Assembly (NCBI GenBank): GCA_963730935.1
Contig: CAVSTP010000004.1
Location: forward strand, 1,184,001 to 1,248,000
Source: an uncultured Nitrospiraceae bacterium
GTDB taxonomy: Bacteria; Nitrospirota; Nitrospiria; Nitrospirales; Nitrospiraceae
DNA length: 64,000 bases
Direction of reading: 5' to 3'
Position numbers and translations under genes: made by a program. A model generated the notes under the pieces. The model was not told the origin of the DNA. It saw only the letters and a program-made list of their open reading frames with translations, and did not search any database. This document shows, piece after piece, positions 22,567-32,111 of this stretch (its first letter is position 1; every line of letters begins with the position of its first letter).

Positions 22567-23231
22567 CCGATCGGCACTCCTGCTTCCGGTTGCTTGACGG
22601 TCCCTCCCCACCTGGCCTCCGGGTCAGTCGCTCCGAGGGACGGTGAAGGCGAGTAGAGTCCGCCCGACACGATCAGTTTCATGGCTTCTTCCACGCTGAT
22701 ATTGATCGCTGTCACCTCGCGCTCGGGAACGAGAAGAAAATAGCCGGAAGTCGGATTCGGCGACGTCGGCACGTACACATGCACAAGCGGTTCCTGAGCT
22801 AAATCCTGCATATCTCCCTTCGTGACGCCCGTCACGAAGGCAAAGCAGTAGTGCCCGTTTTTCGGAAACTGGATCAGGACGACGCGGTGGTACGAGCCGC
22901 GCTCGGAGAAGGACAGGATGTCCATCATGGATTTCAATGTTGAGTAGATCCCTCTGACCAATGGCACTCGGTTGAGCCATGCTTCCCATAACTTCACGAT
23001 CTGCTTGCCGATGAAATTGGCCGCAAGCAGGCCGGTGATAAAGACCAGGAGAATCAATGTGACAATTCCCAGGCCGGGCACATAATGATCGGGGACCAGC
23101 TGCGCCAGGAGATCTCCGAGGATCCCGTCGACGGTGAGGAAAAGCGTCTTCAAAATGAGGATCGTGCCCCAAATGGGGGTAATGACGAGCAAGCCTGTCA
23201 GAAAGTAGCGTTTTAGCGAGGCTTTCAACAT
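22563..23231 (-). CDS. DUF502 membrane protein
   Basis: YFLTGLLV, RVPLVRGIYS, VYVPTSPNPTSG, VEEAMKLIVSGG. Confidence 0.9.
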   Translation of the reverse strand: MLKASLKRYFLTGLLVITPIWGTILILKTLFLTVDGILGDLLAQLVPDHYVPGLGIVTLILLVFITGLLAANFIGKQIVKLWEAWLNRVPLVRGIYSTLKSMMDILSFSERGSYHRVVLIQFPKNGHYCFAFVTGVTKGDMQDLAQEPLVHVYVPTSPNPTSGYFLLVPEREVTAINISVEEAMKLIVSGGLYSPSPSLGATDPEARWGGTVKQPEAGVPIG

Positions 23232-23258
23232 AAATCGCACCCGAGCGGACCGCTGTTC

Positions 23259-23325
23259 ATCATACAGAGGTTGATAGGACGCTCGCAAGGGTTTTATTGC
23301 TATTTTCAATAACTTGGACTACTAT
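23259..23325. promoter_or_regulatory. Divergent sigma70 promoters (DUF502-glmU run / tmk operon)
   Basis: Minus: TTGCGA-18-TATGAT (23288-23259); plus: TTGCTA-17-TACTAT (23297-23325). Confidence 0.6.
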
Positions 23326-23357
23326 CCCGCGCGTTTTGCGGGTGCGCGGGAGAACGT

Positions 23358-24038
23358 ATGAGACAGCCACGGAAGATGAGGGATCGGCGGGGACTATTCC
23401 TCACCCTGGAAGGTCCCGAAGGTAGTGGAAAAAGTACACAGATGCTTCTCCTCGGTGCCGCGCTTCGGAAAGCGGGACACTCCGTAATCTTCACCCGGGA
23501 GCCAGGCGGGACCAAGGTGGCTGAAGCCATCAGGGAAACTCTGCTCTCAGCCACGTCCAACGAGCCGGTCACACCTCATACCGAGGCCCTGCTCGTGCTT
23601 GCAGCACGCAGCCAGCATGTCGCTCATTTAATTCGGCCGGCGCTCGGACGAGGAGCGATCGTGCTCTGTGACCGCTTCGCTGACTCCACTTTCGCGTATC
23701 AAGGGTTCGGTCGTGGTCTTTCACTGTCATGGCTGGAAAACGCCAATCGAGCAGCCACCGGAGGCCTCATGCCGCACCGTACATTGCTGCTCGATGTCCC
23801 TGCATCCGTTGGATTGGCCAGGCGTCGGCGCGCGCGCGGCAATCAGAACCGGTTGGATCGGGAATCCGCAGCCTTCCACCAACGGGTCCGCCAAGGATTT
23901 CTGACACTCGCGTCACGAGCCCCGCGGCGCATCCAGGTGGTCGATGCCAATCGGCCGGTCGAGGTCGTTCGAGCGGAGATCGAGGCTCTTGTGTTAGGTT
24001 GGTTGCGTACGAGAGGGCGCCGGACCCACGCACGATAA
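23358..24038 (+). CDS. tmk: Thymidylate kinase
   Basis: EGPEGSGKSTQ, TREPGGT, CDRFADSTFAYQG. Confidence 0.95.
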   Translation: MRQPRKMRDRRGLFLTLEGPEGSGKSTQMLLLGAALRKAGHSVIFTREPGGTKVAEAIRETLLSATSNEPVTPHTEALLVLAARSQHVAHLIRPALGRGAIVLCDRFADSTFAYQGFGRGLSLSWLENANRAATGGLMPHRTLLLDVPASVGLARRRRARGNQNRLDRESAAFHQRVRQGFLTLASRAPRRIQVVDANRPVEVVRAEIEALVLGWLRTRGRRTHAR

Positions 24039-24039
24039 T

Positions 24040-25065
24040 ATGCCGTTCCACACGATCATTGGCCACCGCTCGACCATCGCCTCGCTCCAGACTGCGGCAG
24101 CCCGGCAACGTCTGGCACACGCCTATCTCTTTCACGGCGAAGATGCCATCGGGAAGCGAACGACCGCTCTCTGCTTCGCACAGGCGCTTCTCTGCGAGCG
24201 CGGTCCATCCGAGGACGGCCTCGACGCTTGCGGAACCTGCCGCTCCTGCCATCAGATCGACACGCGCACGCATCCCGATTACTTCGTGATTGAACCGGAT
24301 CGTGAACTCGCGACACCCCAGATCAAGATCGAACAGATTCGGCAGATCGAACAGCAGATCATCTATCGGCCATTGGTTGGAGACCGCAAAATCTGCATAA
24401 TCGACGACGCCGAGAGAATGACCATCGGCGCCGCCAACGCGCTCCTCAAAACGCTGGAAGAACCGCCCGATCACAGCCTGTTTCTCCTGATCTCAAGCCG
24501 GCCTGCCTCGCTCCCCGCGACCATCAGATCACGATGCCAGTCGCTTCGCTTCGCGACACCCGCACGCACCGATGTCGAAGCAGCGTTGATCCTCAAACGA
24601 GAGATGCGCCCGACCGATGCCCGGTTTCTTGCGATGCTCAGCGAAGGCCGTCTCGGAGAAGCCTTGTCAACCGACCTCAAGGCAGTTCGAGCACAGCAAC
24701 AGGAATTGAACGAACTGGTCAGTCCCAACTTTTTGCGGTCGGTCACGAATGTGCTGACCGCTGCAGAATCACTCGCGAAGGCTGACCGTGCCGCCGAAAC
24801 GCTTTCGTGGATCGCTCGTTGGGTCAGAGACCTTGTGATCATTCAGGTCGGCGGTGATCGCGATCAATTGCTGAACGTGGATCAGGTGCCGGTCTTGGAA
24901 CGCGATGCACGACAGGCACAGAGCGACGCCCTGCTGGACCTCCTGCGCGACATCGAGGGCACCCAGCAACAGGCGACGAGGCATCTCAACCTTCATATGG
25001 CGCTTGAAAACATTCTGTTGCGGCTTCGCGACGCACTCCTCACCTCCGCGCCTCAGCCGGCCTAG
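24040..25065 (+). CDS. holB: DNA polymerase III delta' subunit
   Basis: HAYLF, CGTCRSC, HPD, AANALLKTLEEPP, TIRSRCQ. Confidence 0.95.
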   Translation: MPFHTIIGHRSTIASLQTAAARQRLAHAYLFHGEDAIGKRTTALCFAQALLCERGPSEDGLDACGTCRSCHQIDTRTHPDYFVIEPDRELATPQIKIEQIRQIEQQIIYRPLVGDRKICIIDDAERMTIGAANALLKTLEEPPDHSLFLLISSRPASLPATIRSRCQSLRFATPARTDVEAALILKREMRPTDARFLAMLSEGRLGEALSTDLKAVRAQQQELNELVSPNFLRSVTNVLTAAESLAKADRAAETLSWIARWVRDLVIIQVGGDRDQLLNVDQVPVLERDARQAQSDALLDLLRDIEGTQQQATRHLNLHMALENILLRLRDALLTSAPQPA

Positions 25066-25071
25066 GGTCTT

Positions 25072-27114
25072 ATGCGAGATCAGCAAGCCTTCTATATCAC
25101 CACCCCGATTTACTACGTGAACGACGTGCCGCACATCGGACATGCGTACACCACGATTGCCGCAGACGTGCTCGCGCGCTATTGGCGGCTCCGTGGACGT
25201 GATGTCTTTTTTTTGACGGGACTCGACGAGCACGGGCAGAAGGTCCAACAGGCCGCGGCTAAGGCGGGAGTCGAGCCACAAGCCTACTGCGACAAACTGG
25301 CTCCTCAATTCGAAACGCTCTGGAAACGTCTGAATATCAGCAATGATGCCTTTATCAGAACGACCGAACCTAAGCACAAAAAGATCGTTCAACGGTATCT
25401 TCAAGAGCTCTCTGACAAAGGGTTGATTTACAAGGACTCATACACAGGATGGTACTGCACGTTCGATGAGCGATTTTGGACTGAAAAGGACGTCGCCGAT
25501 GGCCTGTGTCCTGACTGCAAACGCCCTGTCGAACGGCTGAGCGAGCACAATTACTTCTTTAAGATGGGCCAGTATCAGGACCGCCTGATCGACCACATCA
25601 AGACCCACGAAAATTTTATCCGCCCGGAATCCCGTCGCAACGAAGTGTTGGGATTTCTGCAGACAAAGAAGCTAGGCGATCTCTCAATTTCGCGTCCAAA
25701 GTCCAGACTCTCCTGGGGTATCGAGCTTCCGTTCGACAAGGATTATGTGACCTATGTCTGGTTCGATGCATTGGTGAATTATCTGTCGGCCTTGGAGTAC
25801 AAGCTCAATCAACCATCGCTCGACCGATACTGGCCAGCCTCAGTTCACCTTGTCGGGAAAGATATTCTCACGACGCACGCCGTTTATTGGTCAACCATGC
25901 TTATGGCCTTGAACCTTCCATTGCCCGACACAATTTTTGCGCACGGATGGTGGACAGTCGACGGTGAAAAGATGTCCAAGAGCCGCGGCAACGTTGTCGA
26001 TCCCTACTCGCAGATAGATTATTATGCAGATAATTATAAGGTGTATGCCTTTCGATATTTTCTTCTGCGCGAAGTGCCCTTCGGACAAGACGGTGATTTT
26101 TCGGAAGCAGCACTAGTGGCACGCATCAATAGCGACCTCGCGAATGGGCTTGGGAACCTCTTGAGCAGAACATTAACTCTTATAGAACGATCGACTGGCG
26201 GAATGATTCCAAATGTTCCCGCGCCACTCAGTTCGGATATAGAAGAAAGACTGACCACTGCTGGTGTGGAGGCCTTCTCTCGCGGAAGTTCAGACATTGA
26301 GGAATTGGCATTCAGTCGAGCTCTTGAACAGATCTGGCAATTGGTGCGAGCTGCCGATCAATACCTAGAATTTCATGCTCCATGGACGTTGGCGAAAGAT
26401 CCAAGCAAGAAGGTACTCTTGGAACGGGTGTTGTATAGAGCAGCGGATTCTCTTCGTCTGTTAGCAATTGCGATATACCCATTCATGCCAAGTACGGCAG
26501 AAGCAATAAGCCAACAGCTGGGAATCAACTTAGACTTCAAAGTTCCCATTACAATCCAAGAGAGACAGTGGAACAATCTTCGCTCTGGCACGAGAATTCA
26601 AAAAGCTGCTGCATTGTTCCCACGGATAGAGAGCAAACCCGGCACATATTCAATGACTGGAAATGAAGCAACACTTTCAATTTCACCAGGAGCCAAACCC
26701 GTGAGCGACACGCCAACTCCCTCACCATCCGCGACGTCCACTGCGCCGACCGCAGCTCAAACCACCCTAACGCCTGCGACGGCAGCACCTCAGCAAATCA
26801 CAATCGATGAGTTCCAAAAAATTCAGCTCAAGACGGCCACAGTGCTGAGCGCGGAACGAGTGCCGAAGTCCGAAAAGCTCTTGAAGCTTCAGGTCTCGCT
26901 CGGCGAAGAGCAACGCCAAATCGTAGCGGGAATCGGCAAACGGTACGAGCCTGAATCGCTGATCGGCAAGACCATCGTCATCGTCGCTAACCTGAAGCCC
27001 GCCAAACTGATGGGCATCGAGTCACAGGGCATGGTACTGGCCGCCGGCGACAGCGAGGTGCGAGGGTTGGCGACCTTTCTCGAAGACGTGGAGCCCGGCA
27101 CGAAAGTCAAATGA
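25072..27114 (+). CDS. metG: Methionine-tRNA ligase with C-terminal tRNA-binding domain
   Basis: YITTPIYY, HIGH, KMSKS, C-terminal SEKLL..QIVAGI..NLKPAKLMGIESQGM. Confidence 0.97.
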   Translation: MRDQQAFYITTPIYYVNDVPHIGHAYTTIAADVLARYWRLRGRDVFFLTGLDEHGQKVQQAAAKAGVEPQAYCDKLAPQFETLWKRLNISNDAFIRTTEPKHKKIVQRYLQELSDKGLIYKDSYTGWYCTFDERFWTEKDVADGLCPDCKRPVERLSEHNYFFKMGQYQDRLIDHIKTHENFIRPESRRNEVLGFLQTKKLGDLSISRPKSRLSWGIELPFDKDYVTYVWFDALVNYLSALEYKLNQPSLDRYWPASVHLVGKDILTTHAVYWSTMLMALNLPLPDTIFAHGWWTVDGEKMSKSRGNVVDPYSQIDYYADNYKVYAFRYFLLREVPFGQDGDFSEAALVARINSDLANGLGNLLSRTLTLIERSTGGMIPNVPAPLSSDIEERLTTAGVEAFSRGSSDIEELAFSRALEQIWQLVRAADQYLEFHAPWTLAKDPSKKVLLERVLYRAADSLRLLAIAIYPFMPSTAEAISQQLGINLDFKVPITIQERQWNNLRSGTRIQKAAALFPRIESKPGTYSMTGNEATLSISPGAKPVSDTPTPSPSATSTAPTAAQTTLTPATAAPQQITIDEFQKIQLKTATVLSAERVPKSEKLLKLQVSLGEEQRQIVAGIGKRYEPESLIGKTIVIVANLKPAKLMGIESQGMVLAAGDSEVRGLATFLEDVEPGTKVK

Positions 27115-27968
27115 GGTGGGTTGCCTCCATAGCCCTTTCATCGCTTCTCGCCCTCGTTCTTCCTCTGCTCTGCTCGGCCATCCCGGCTGAGGGCGAACCG
27201 CCGCCCGATCCACACCTCAACGACCCGAAGCCAACCAGGATCCTTGTCCGTGTGGTAGCTCATGGCGCGATGGTGCTCGGGCGCGAAGTCGGCGGCGCCC
27301 GCGTCACGATCACGGACCTCGAGACCAAACAGGTTCTCGCTACCGGCATTCAGCGAGGCGAGGCCGGCGACCAGAACCAGATCATGCGGACGCCGCACCT
27401 GATGGAAGAGCCCGTCTACAGCGCCCGGCCGGCGGCCGCATTCACGACGACCTTGGAACTCCGCAAACCGACGCTCGTGGAGATCACGGCGCAAGGGCCC
27501 CTCGCGCATCCGGCCTCCATGCAACAGACATCTCAGACCGTGCTGCTTATTCCCGGACATGATCTGACCAACGACGGCATCGTGCTCCATCTCTACGGAT
27601 ACATCGTGCAGATCGAGCATCCCAAACCCGGCCAATCGCTCATCGCCAAAGACGACGTCACGCTGCGAGCGTCCGTGAGAACCTTGTCCGGCACTTTGGT
27701 CCGGCCACACGGCGATTGGGATTCAAGAAAGATTCGCATCTATGGAGAGGTACTCATCGGCGACCGCATTATCGATCGTCTGCAAATGTTCTATTCCAAC
27801 GAAACAGGTACGTTCGATGCGCCATTCTTCGTGCCGAAGCCTGATGAAGCTCCGGACGGCATCACGCTCCGCATGGTTGCCACGGATCTCTCCATGGGAA
27901 ATTCCGGCGTGGGAACCGCTACGTATCCGGTCCTCACCGAACGATTAAAACCCACATCACGGCACTAA
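27111..27968 (+). CDS. Exported hypothetical protein (beta-rich)
   Basis: Signal peptide, ATGA overlap with metG, genome-like codon usage. Confidence 0.75.
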   Translation: MRWVASIALSSLLALVLPLLCSAIPAEGEPPPDPHLNDPKPTRILVRVVAHGAMVLGREVGGARVTITDLETKQVLATGIQRGEAGDQNQIMRTPHLMEEPVYSARPAAAFTTTLELRKPTLVEITAQGPLAHPASMQQTSQTVLLIPGHDLTNDGIVLHLYGYIVQIEHPKPGQSLIAKDDVTLRASVRTLSGTLVRPHGDWDSRKIRIYGEVLIGDRIIDRLQMFYSNETGTFDAPFFVPKPDEAPDGITLRMVATDLSMGNSGVGTATYPVLTERLKPTSRH

Positions 27969-28045
27969 GTATCCGCACTTCAATTCCTACCGTTCCTCTC
28001 TCAGCATCTCCAATCCGACGCATCTCTGGCAAATAGCTGATTTGT

Positions 28046-28074
28046 TTGACATTGCCCACACGTCACGAGATGCT
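28046..28074 (+). promoter_or_regulatory. Putative sigma70 promoter for GT2-radical SAM pair
   Basis: TTGACA-17-GATGCT. Confidence 0.5.
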
Positions 28075-28103
28075 GACACGAACCGCCACCCGCGTGCGCC
28101 GCC

Positions 28104-28847
28104 ATGAAGCTATCGATCATCATTCCGGCATTCAATGAAGCGGACACCATTGAAGCAGTGATCCGACGCATTATGGCCGTCGACCTTGGAGAAATTTGTA
28201 AAGAAATCATCGTCGTCGATGACGCGTCGTGCGACGACACTCCCCAGATTCTCCGGCGTCTGTCCGGCGTTCAGGTCATCCGCCATCTGGTCAATTCCGG
28301 CAAGGGATCGGCTCTTTCCTCGGGAATCAAGGCCGCTACGGGTGACATTGTGATCTTTCAAGACGCTGATCTTGAGTATGCACCGGAGGATTACCCGGCC
28401 ATCATTCAGCCTATCCTTGATGGCTCATACGACGCCGTCATGGGATCACGGTTTCTCCGTGAGCGGCCAGTCTTTCTGGGGTCGCGAAAATCGCCTTATC
28501 TCAACCACTACATCGGTAATCTTCTCATCATCTGGGTCACAAATGTTCTGTATGGGAAGCGATTTACCGACTATGAAGGCTGCTACAAGGCATTTCGCCG
28601 TTCCGTCCTGCTCGACACGCCGGTTGAGGCGACTGGGTTTGAGTTCGACAACGAGTTGATCTGCAAGGTGATGCGAAGAGGCGTCCGGATCTCCGAAGTG
28701 CCCATCCAATACCATCCGCGTACCTACGCGCAGGGGAAAAAAATCACCTGGCGTCACGGCCTCGTAATGCTGTGGACCATCGTGAAGTGGCGCCTCCTTC
28801 CTCTTCCCGCGTCGCAAACCGTGATCGACCGTACCATGGTCGCCTGA
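28104..28847 (+). CDS. GT2 glycosyltransferase, polyprenol-phosphate sugar synthase (DPM1-like)
   Basis: SIIIPAFNE, VDDASCD, NSGKGSA, QDADLEY, GSRF, FEFDNE, GKKITWRHG. Confidence 0.92.
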   Translation: MKLSIIIPAFNEADTIEAVIRRIMAVDLGEICKEIIVVDDASCDDTPQILRRLSGVQVIRHLVNSGKGSALSSGIKAATGDIVIFQDADLEYAPEDYPAIIQPILDGSYDAVMGSRFLRERPVFLGSRKSPYLNHYIGNLLIIWVTNVLYGKRFTDYEGCYKAFRRSVLLDTPVEATGFEFDNELICKVMRRGVRISEVPIQYHPRTYAQGKKITWRHGLVMLWTIVKWRLLPLPASQTVIDRTMVA

Positions 28848-28862
28848 TCGGTCGGAGCACCG

Positions 28863-30392
28863 ATGATTCAGAAAATTTGCCTCATCATCCCACCGTCACT
28901 TTTCCTGCTGGACGAACGGGTGTTCATGTCGCTGGGGATTTTGAAAGTGGCGGCGGTGCTAGAGCAGGAAGGAGTTACGGTCGAACTGTTGGATCTGTCC
29001 GGTGTCACGAATTACGAAGAGGCACTCGCAGCCCACATCCAACAGAGTCGAGTTGAATGCTTCGGCATTACGGCCACCACCCCGCAAATGCCGGCCGCAA
29101 CGAACATTCACGCAACAATCCGGCGCCTCCGACCATCGGCACGAATTGTCTTAGGCGGCCCGCATGTCACACTCGTCTACGCCGCTGCGAAACATGAACG
29201 AAAACGGAGTGTGCTGGGTCGCGCCTCGAGGGCGGTCAAACAACTCACCGCCATGTTCGATGTCCTCGTGACGGGCGACGGCGAAATCGCCATCTTCGAA
29301 GCCTTGCAGCCATCCCCTCCGCGCATTGTGGATGGCGACGACTCCCGGTCGCAATACTTCTTGAGCAATGCTTCACTCGAGCAATTGCCGTTTCCCGCGC
29401 GCCATCTGGTTGACGTCTCCACCTATCACTACAGCATTGACGGAACCAGATCGCTTTCCATGATCGCTCAGCTGGGGTGCCCCTTCGGTTGCGGGTTTTG
29501 CGGAGGGAGAATGAGTCCGTTTCTTCGTCGTGTCCGCACGCGTTCTTCCGAAAATATCGTCCGGGAAATGGTGCACCTTTATCATACGTACGGAGTAAAG
29601 GGCTTCATGCTTTACGACGATGAACTCAATGTGAACCCCAAGATCACATCGTTGATGAGCCTGATTGCGAACACTCAGCAGCAACTCGGTGTCGAATTTC
29701 GACTTCGCGGCTTTATCAAGGCGGAGCTCTTTACTGATGAACAGGCAGAGGCCATGTACGAGGCCGGCTTTCGATGGATCCTCGTGGGATTCGAATCTGG
29801 AGAGCCGCAGATCTTGGAAAATATCCAAAAGAAGGCGAGCCGAGACGATAACTCGCGCTGCATAGAGATCGCCCGGAAGCACAATTTGAAAGTGAAGGCC
29901 CTGATGTCATTGGGACATCCCGGCGAATCCGAGGACACGATACGAGCGACGCGTGACTGGCTTCTCGATGTACGGCCGGACGATTTCGATGCGACGGTTA
30001 TTACGACCTATCCGGGCACGCCCTATTTCGACGAAGCGGTTGAAACCTCTCCTGGCATCTGGACCTATACATGTCGGAACTCAGAGGACACGCTGCACAG
30101 TGTCGAAGTTGACTACCGCCATGTCGCCGAATACTACAAAGGCGCTCCTGGAAACTATACGGCATTCGTCTATACCGATCACCTGACGAGCGAGCAACTT
30201 GTCGACCTGCGCGACCGTCTGGAGGCCGACGTCCGGGCGGCACTTTCCCTTTCATTTAACCCTGCCGATCCCGGCCTTCGCTACGAGCATTCCATGGGTC
30301 AGGGAGCGCTCCCACCGTATATTCTAAAGACCTCGAACCCGTCGACGGCACGGACAGGGACCGACCTACTCCGAATCCTACCTTCACGATAG
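28863..30392 (+). CDS. Cobalamin-binding radical SAM protein
   Basis: N-terminal B12-binding domain (SLGILKVAA, LGGPHVT, GDGE), CPFGCGFC, YDDEL, GFESG, YPGTP. Confidence 0.9.
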   Translation: MIQKICLIIPPSLFLLDERVFMSLGILKVAAVLEQEGVTVELLDLSGVTNYEEALAAHIQQSRVECFGITATTPQMPAATNIHATIRRLRPSARIVLGGPHVTLVYAAAKHERKRSVLGRASRAVKQLTAMFDVLVTGDGEIAIFEALQPSPPRIVDGDDSRSQYFLSNASLEQLPFPARHLVDVSTYHYSIDGTRSLSMIAQLGCPFGCGFCGGRMSPFLRRVRTRSSENIVREMVHLYHTYGVKGFMLYDDELNVNPKITSLMSLIANTQQQLGVEFRLRGFIKAELFTDEQAEAMYEAGFRWILVGFESGEPQILENIQKKASRDDNSRCIEIARKHNLKVKALMSLGHPGESEDTIRATRDWLLDVRPDDFDATVITTYPGTPYFDEAVETSPGIWTYTCRNSEDTLHSVEVDYRHVAEYYKGAPGNYTAFVYTDHLTSEQLVDLRDRLEADVRAALSLSFNPADPGLRYEHSMGQGALPPYILKTSNPSTARTGTDLLRILPSR

Positions 30393-30401
30393 AAGCCGAT
30401 T

Positions 30402-31832
30402 TTACAAGATTCGCTGTGCGGCGAGTCCGACGTCTGGCCGGTCTCGGAGTGCGATCTCCCCGCCACTTTCATGCTCGCTAAACTTGCTTTCCACGCGACA
30501 CAGATAACCGCCTGCGGCCAGGACGCAGAAGATCGGCATGACCGGCATCCGAAAACGGCTGTACGCTTCCGGTCCGCTGCTGACCAGAATCACATAGGCA
30601 GCCGTCAGGATCAGGACCGCGATGGCCCCGCTCCCAAGTCCATTGTGCTTGAGCAGGATACAAACACCGGTATACAGGACGCCGAGAAACACCAGACCAG
30701 ACGTCCATGAAGATAGTGCTGTCATCCAATCTCGCAATGGGAATCGTGCGAAGTCCAGTCGGAGGAAGGCTTCGCGGAGCGCCACGTTATCCGACCCGAA
30801 CAAGTGCGCCAAATTCGATGGTCCCAAGAGATTCGCCGCCGTACCCTGTAACGTCGTCCGGACGAGAAGGACCGGATGCTCGGCGACGACCACTTGCGCG
30901 AATCTGCCCTGGCTCTCCAGTAGCTGGGTCTGTGAGAGTCGAGGCAACTCCGGCGGGAGCAAAGCCGCGTGGTCCTGCGCCAGCCGCCGCTGAGCCTCCT
31001 GGAGAGAGATGCCATCTCGCATGGCAATGATGGCTGCGGCTTTTGCAATGAAGAGATACTGGTTCTTGGCCTGGCTGAATTGCGCCGAACCGGTGGAGAC
31101 GTAATTGCGGACCTGCCACCCCCCAACGGTCGCCGCGAACAGGAGCCACATGATCGCAGCCGACGCGAAGGCCGGCCGCCACCCCTTCGACCGTCGAATC
31201 ACCAGGAACAGCATCACCGGGAGCAGCATCCCGAGATAGTAGGCGGTCGGACGCGTATAGGTCGCCAGCGCCAGGCAAATTCCCGCCCAACACGGGTACC
31301 GAAGGGAGGGATGTTGTAACGCGTACGCCATGCCCAGGAGGCACAGCGTAAGGGCGGTGCCGAATAAAGTTTCGGTCAGCATGACCTGAGAGTAATAGAG
31401 CGAGACGGGATCGAGCGCCAGGAACATTGCCGCAAGAAGGCCGGCCCTGGAACCGAAGAGCAACGAGGCGATACGACACCCAGCGAGCATGGTCACCAGA
31501 CTTAATGCGATCTGGATCGCAACCACGGCGTGGGGACGGATGCCTGCGACGTGGTACAACCCGGAGAGAAGGAAAGGATAGGCTGGAGTCCTGATCGTCT
31601 CCGGTTCGAGCGGAGGAGTCACTGATTGCGAAAAGCTCCCGTGCTCAAGAATATTCAGTGCGAGCTGGTGGTATTCATGTGAATCGGAGCTCTCAAAGAT
31701 TCCCTGAGGATTGGAGCTGAAAAGCAGCATCCCGAGCGCCAGTTTGCTGAGCACACTCAGCAAAGCGACTATCACGAGTGACCGTCGTAGATGATCGCCG
31801 TCGGTCGGCAGGAGCGCAACAAGCCAAGTCAT
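30402..31832 (-). CDS. GT-C fold membrane glycosyltransferase (ArnT/PMT-like)
   Basis: DSHEY loop, RTPAYP, MLTETLF, TRP, RNY, SRFRMPVMP, many TM helices; start at ATG 31832 downstream of TGtTAGAAT. Confidence 0.8.
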   Translation of the reverse strand: MTWLVALLPTDGDHLRRSLVIVALLSVLSKLALGMLLFSSNPQGIFESSDSHEYHQLALNILEHGSFSQSVTPPLEPETIRTPAYPFLLSGLYHVAGIRPHAVVAIQIALSLVTMLAGCRIASLLFGSRAGLLAAMFLALDPVSLYYSQVMLTETLFGTALTLCLLGMAYALQHPSLRYPCWAGICLALATYTRPTAYYLGMLLPVMLFLVIRRSKGWRPAFASAAIMWLLFAATVGGWQVRNYVSTGSAQFSQAKNQYLFIAKAAAIIAMRDGISLQEAQRRLAQDHAALLPPELPRLSQTQLLESQGRFAQVVVAEHPVLLVRTTLQGTAANLLGPSNLAHLFGSDNVALREAFLRLDFARFPLRDWMTALSSWTSGLVFLGVLYTGVCILLKHNGLGSGAIAVLILTAAYVILVSSGPEAYSRFRMPVMPIFCVLAAGGYLCRVESKFSEHESGGEIALRDRPDVGLAAQRIL

Positions 31833-32076
31833 GTCGCGTGAGGAGATGACGTTGATGTGAACGATCTTGTGAGATCGCGTACCTGGCATTCTAACAAGAG
31901 CGTTCCGATGGTCCAGGGAAATACGAATCATGACGATCAGCCGACAATCGGCAGCGCATAGTGAGCCGCTGTCAGGGGACGAGCCCAGTCTGCGCTTCAC
32001 TGGAATGAACGGGGTAACCTTCGAGTCCGGCGACTGTAAGTTCCGTCGCTCTCTAATGTCCCCCGTTCCGCAAAAC

Positions 32077-32105
32077 TTGCCGCAGCAACCCGCTCATGCG
32101 ACACT
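32077..32105 (+). promoter_or_regulatory. Putative promoter for leaderless CDF-COG0523 transcript
   Basis: TTGCCG-17-GACACT with TGn extension, 6 nt before ATG 32112; no SD. Confidence 0.45.
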
Positions 32106-32111
32106 AGACGT

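Noticed and set aside
25980..26700. Intein or DGR target within metG
   Set aside because: No intein splice motifs or length excess, and no reverse transcriptase or template repeat seen in the window
31833..32076. Cobalamin or other riboswitch near B12-radical SAM / CobW-like genes
   Set aside because: No recognisable B12-box or conserved aptamer motifs by eye; an Rfam/Infernal scan would be needed
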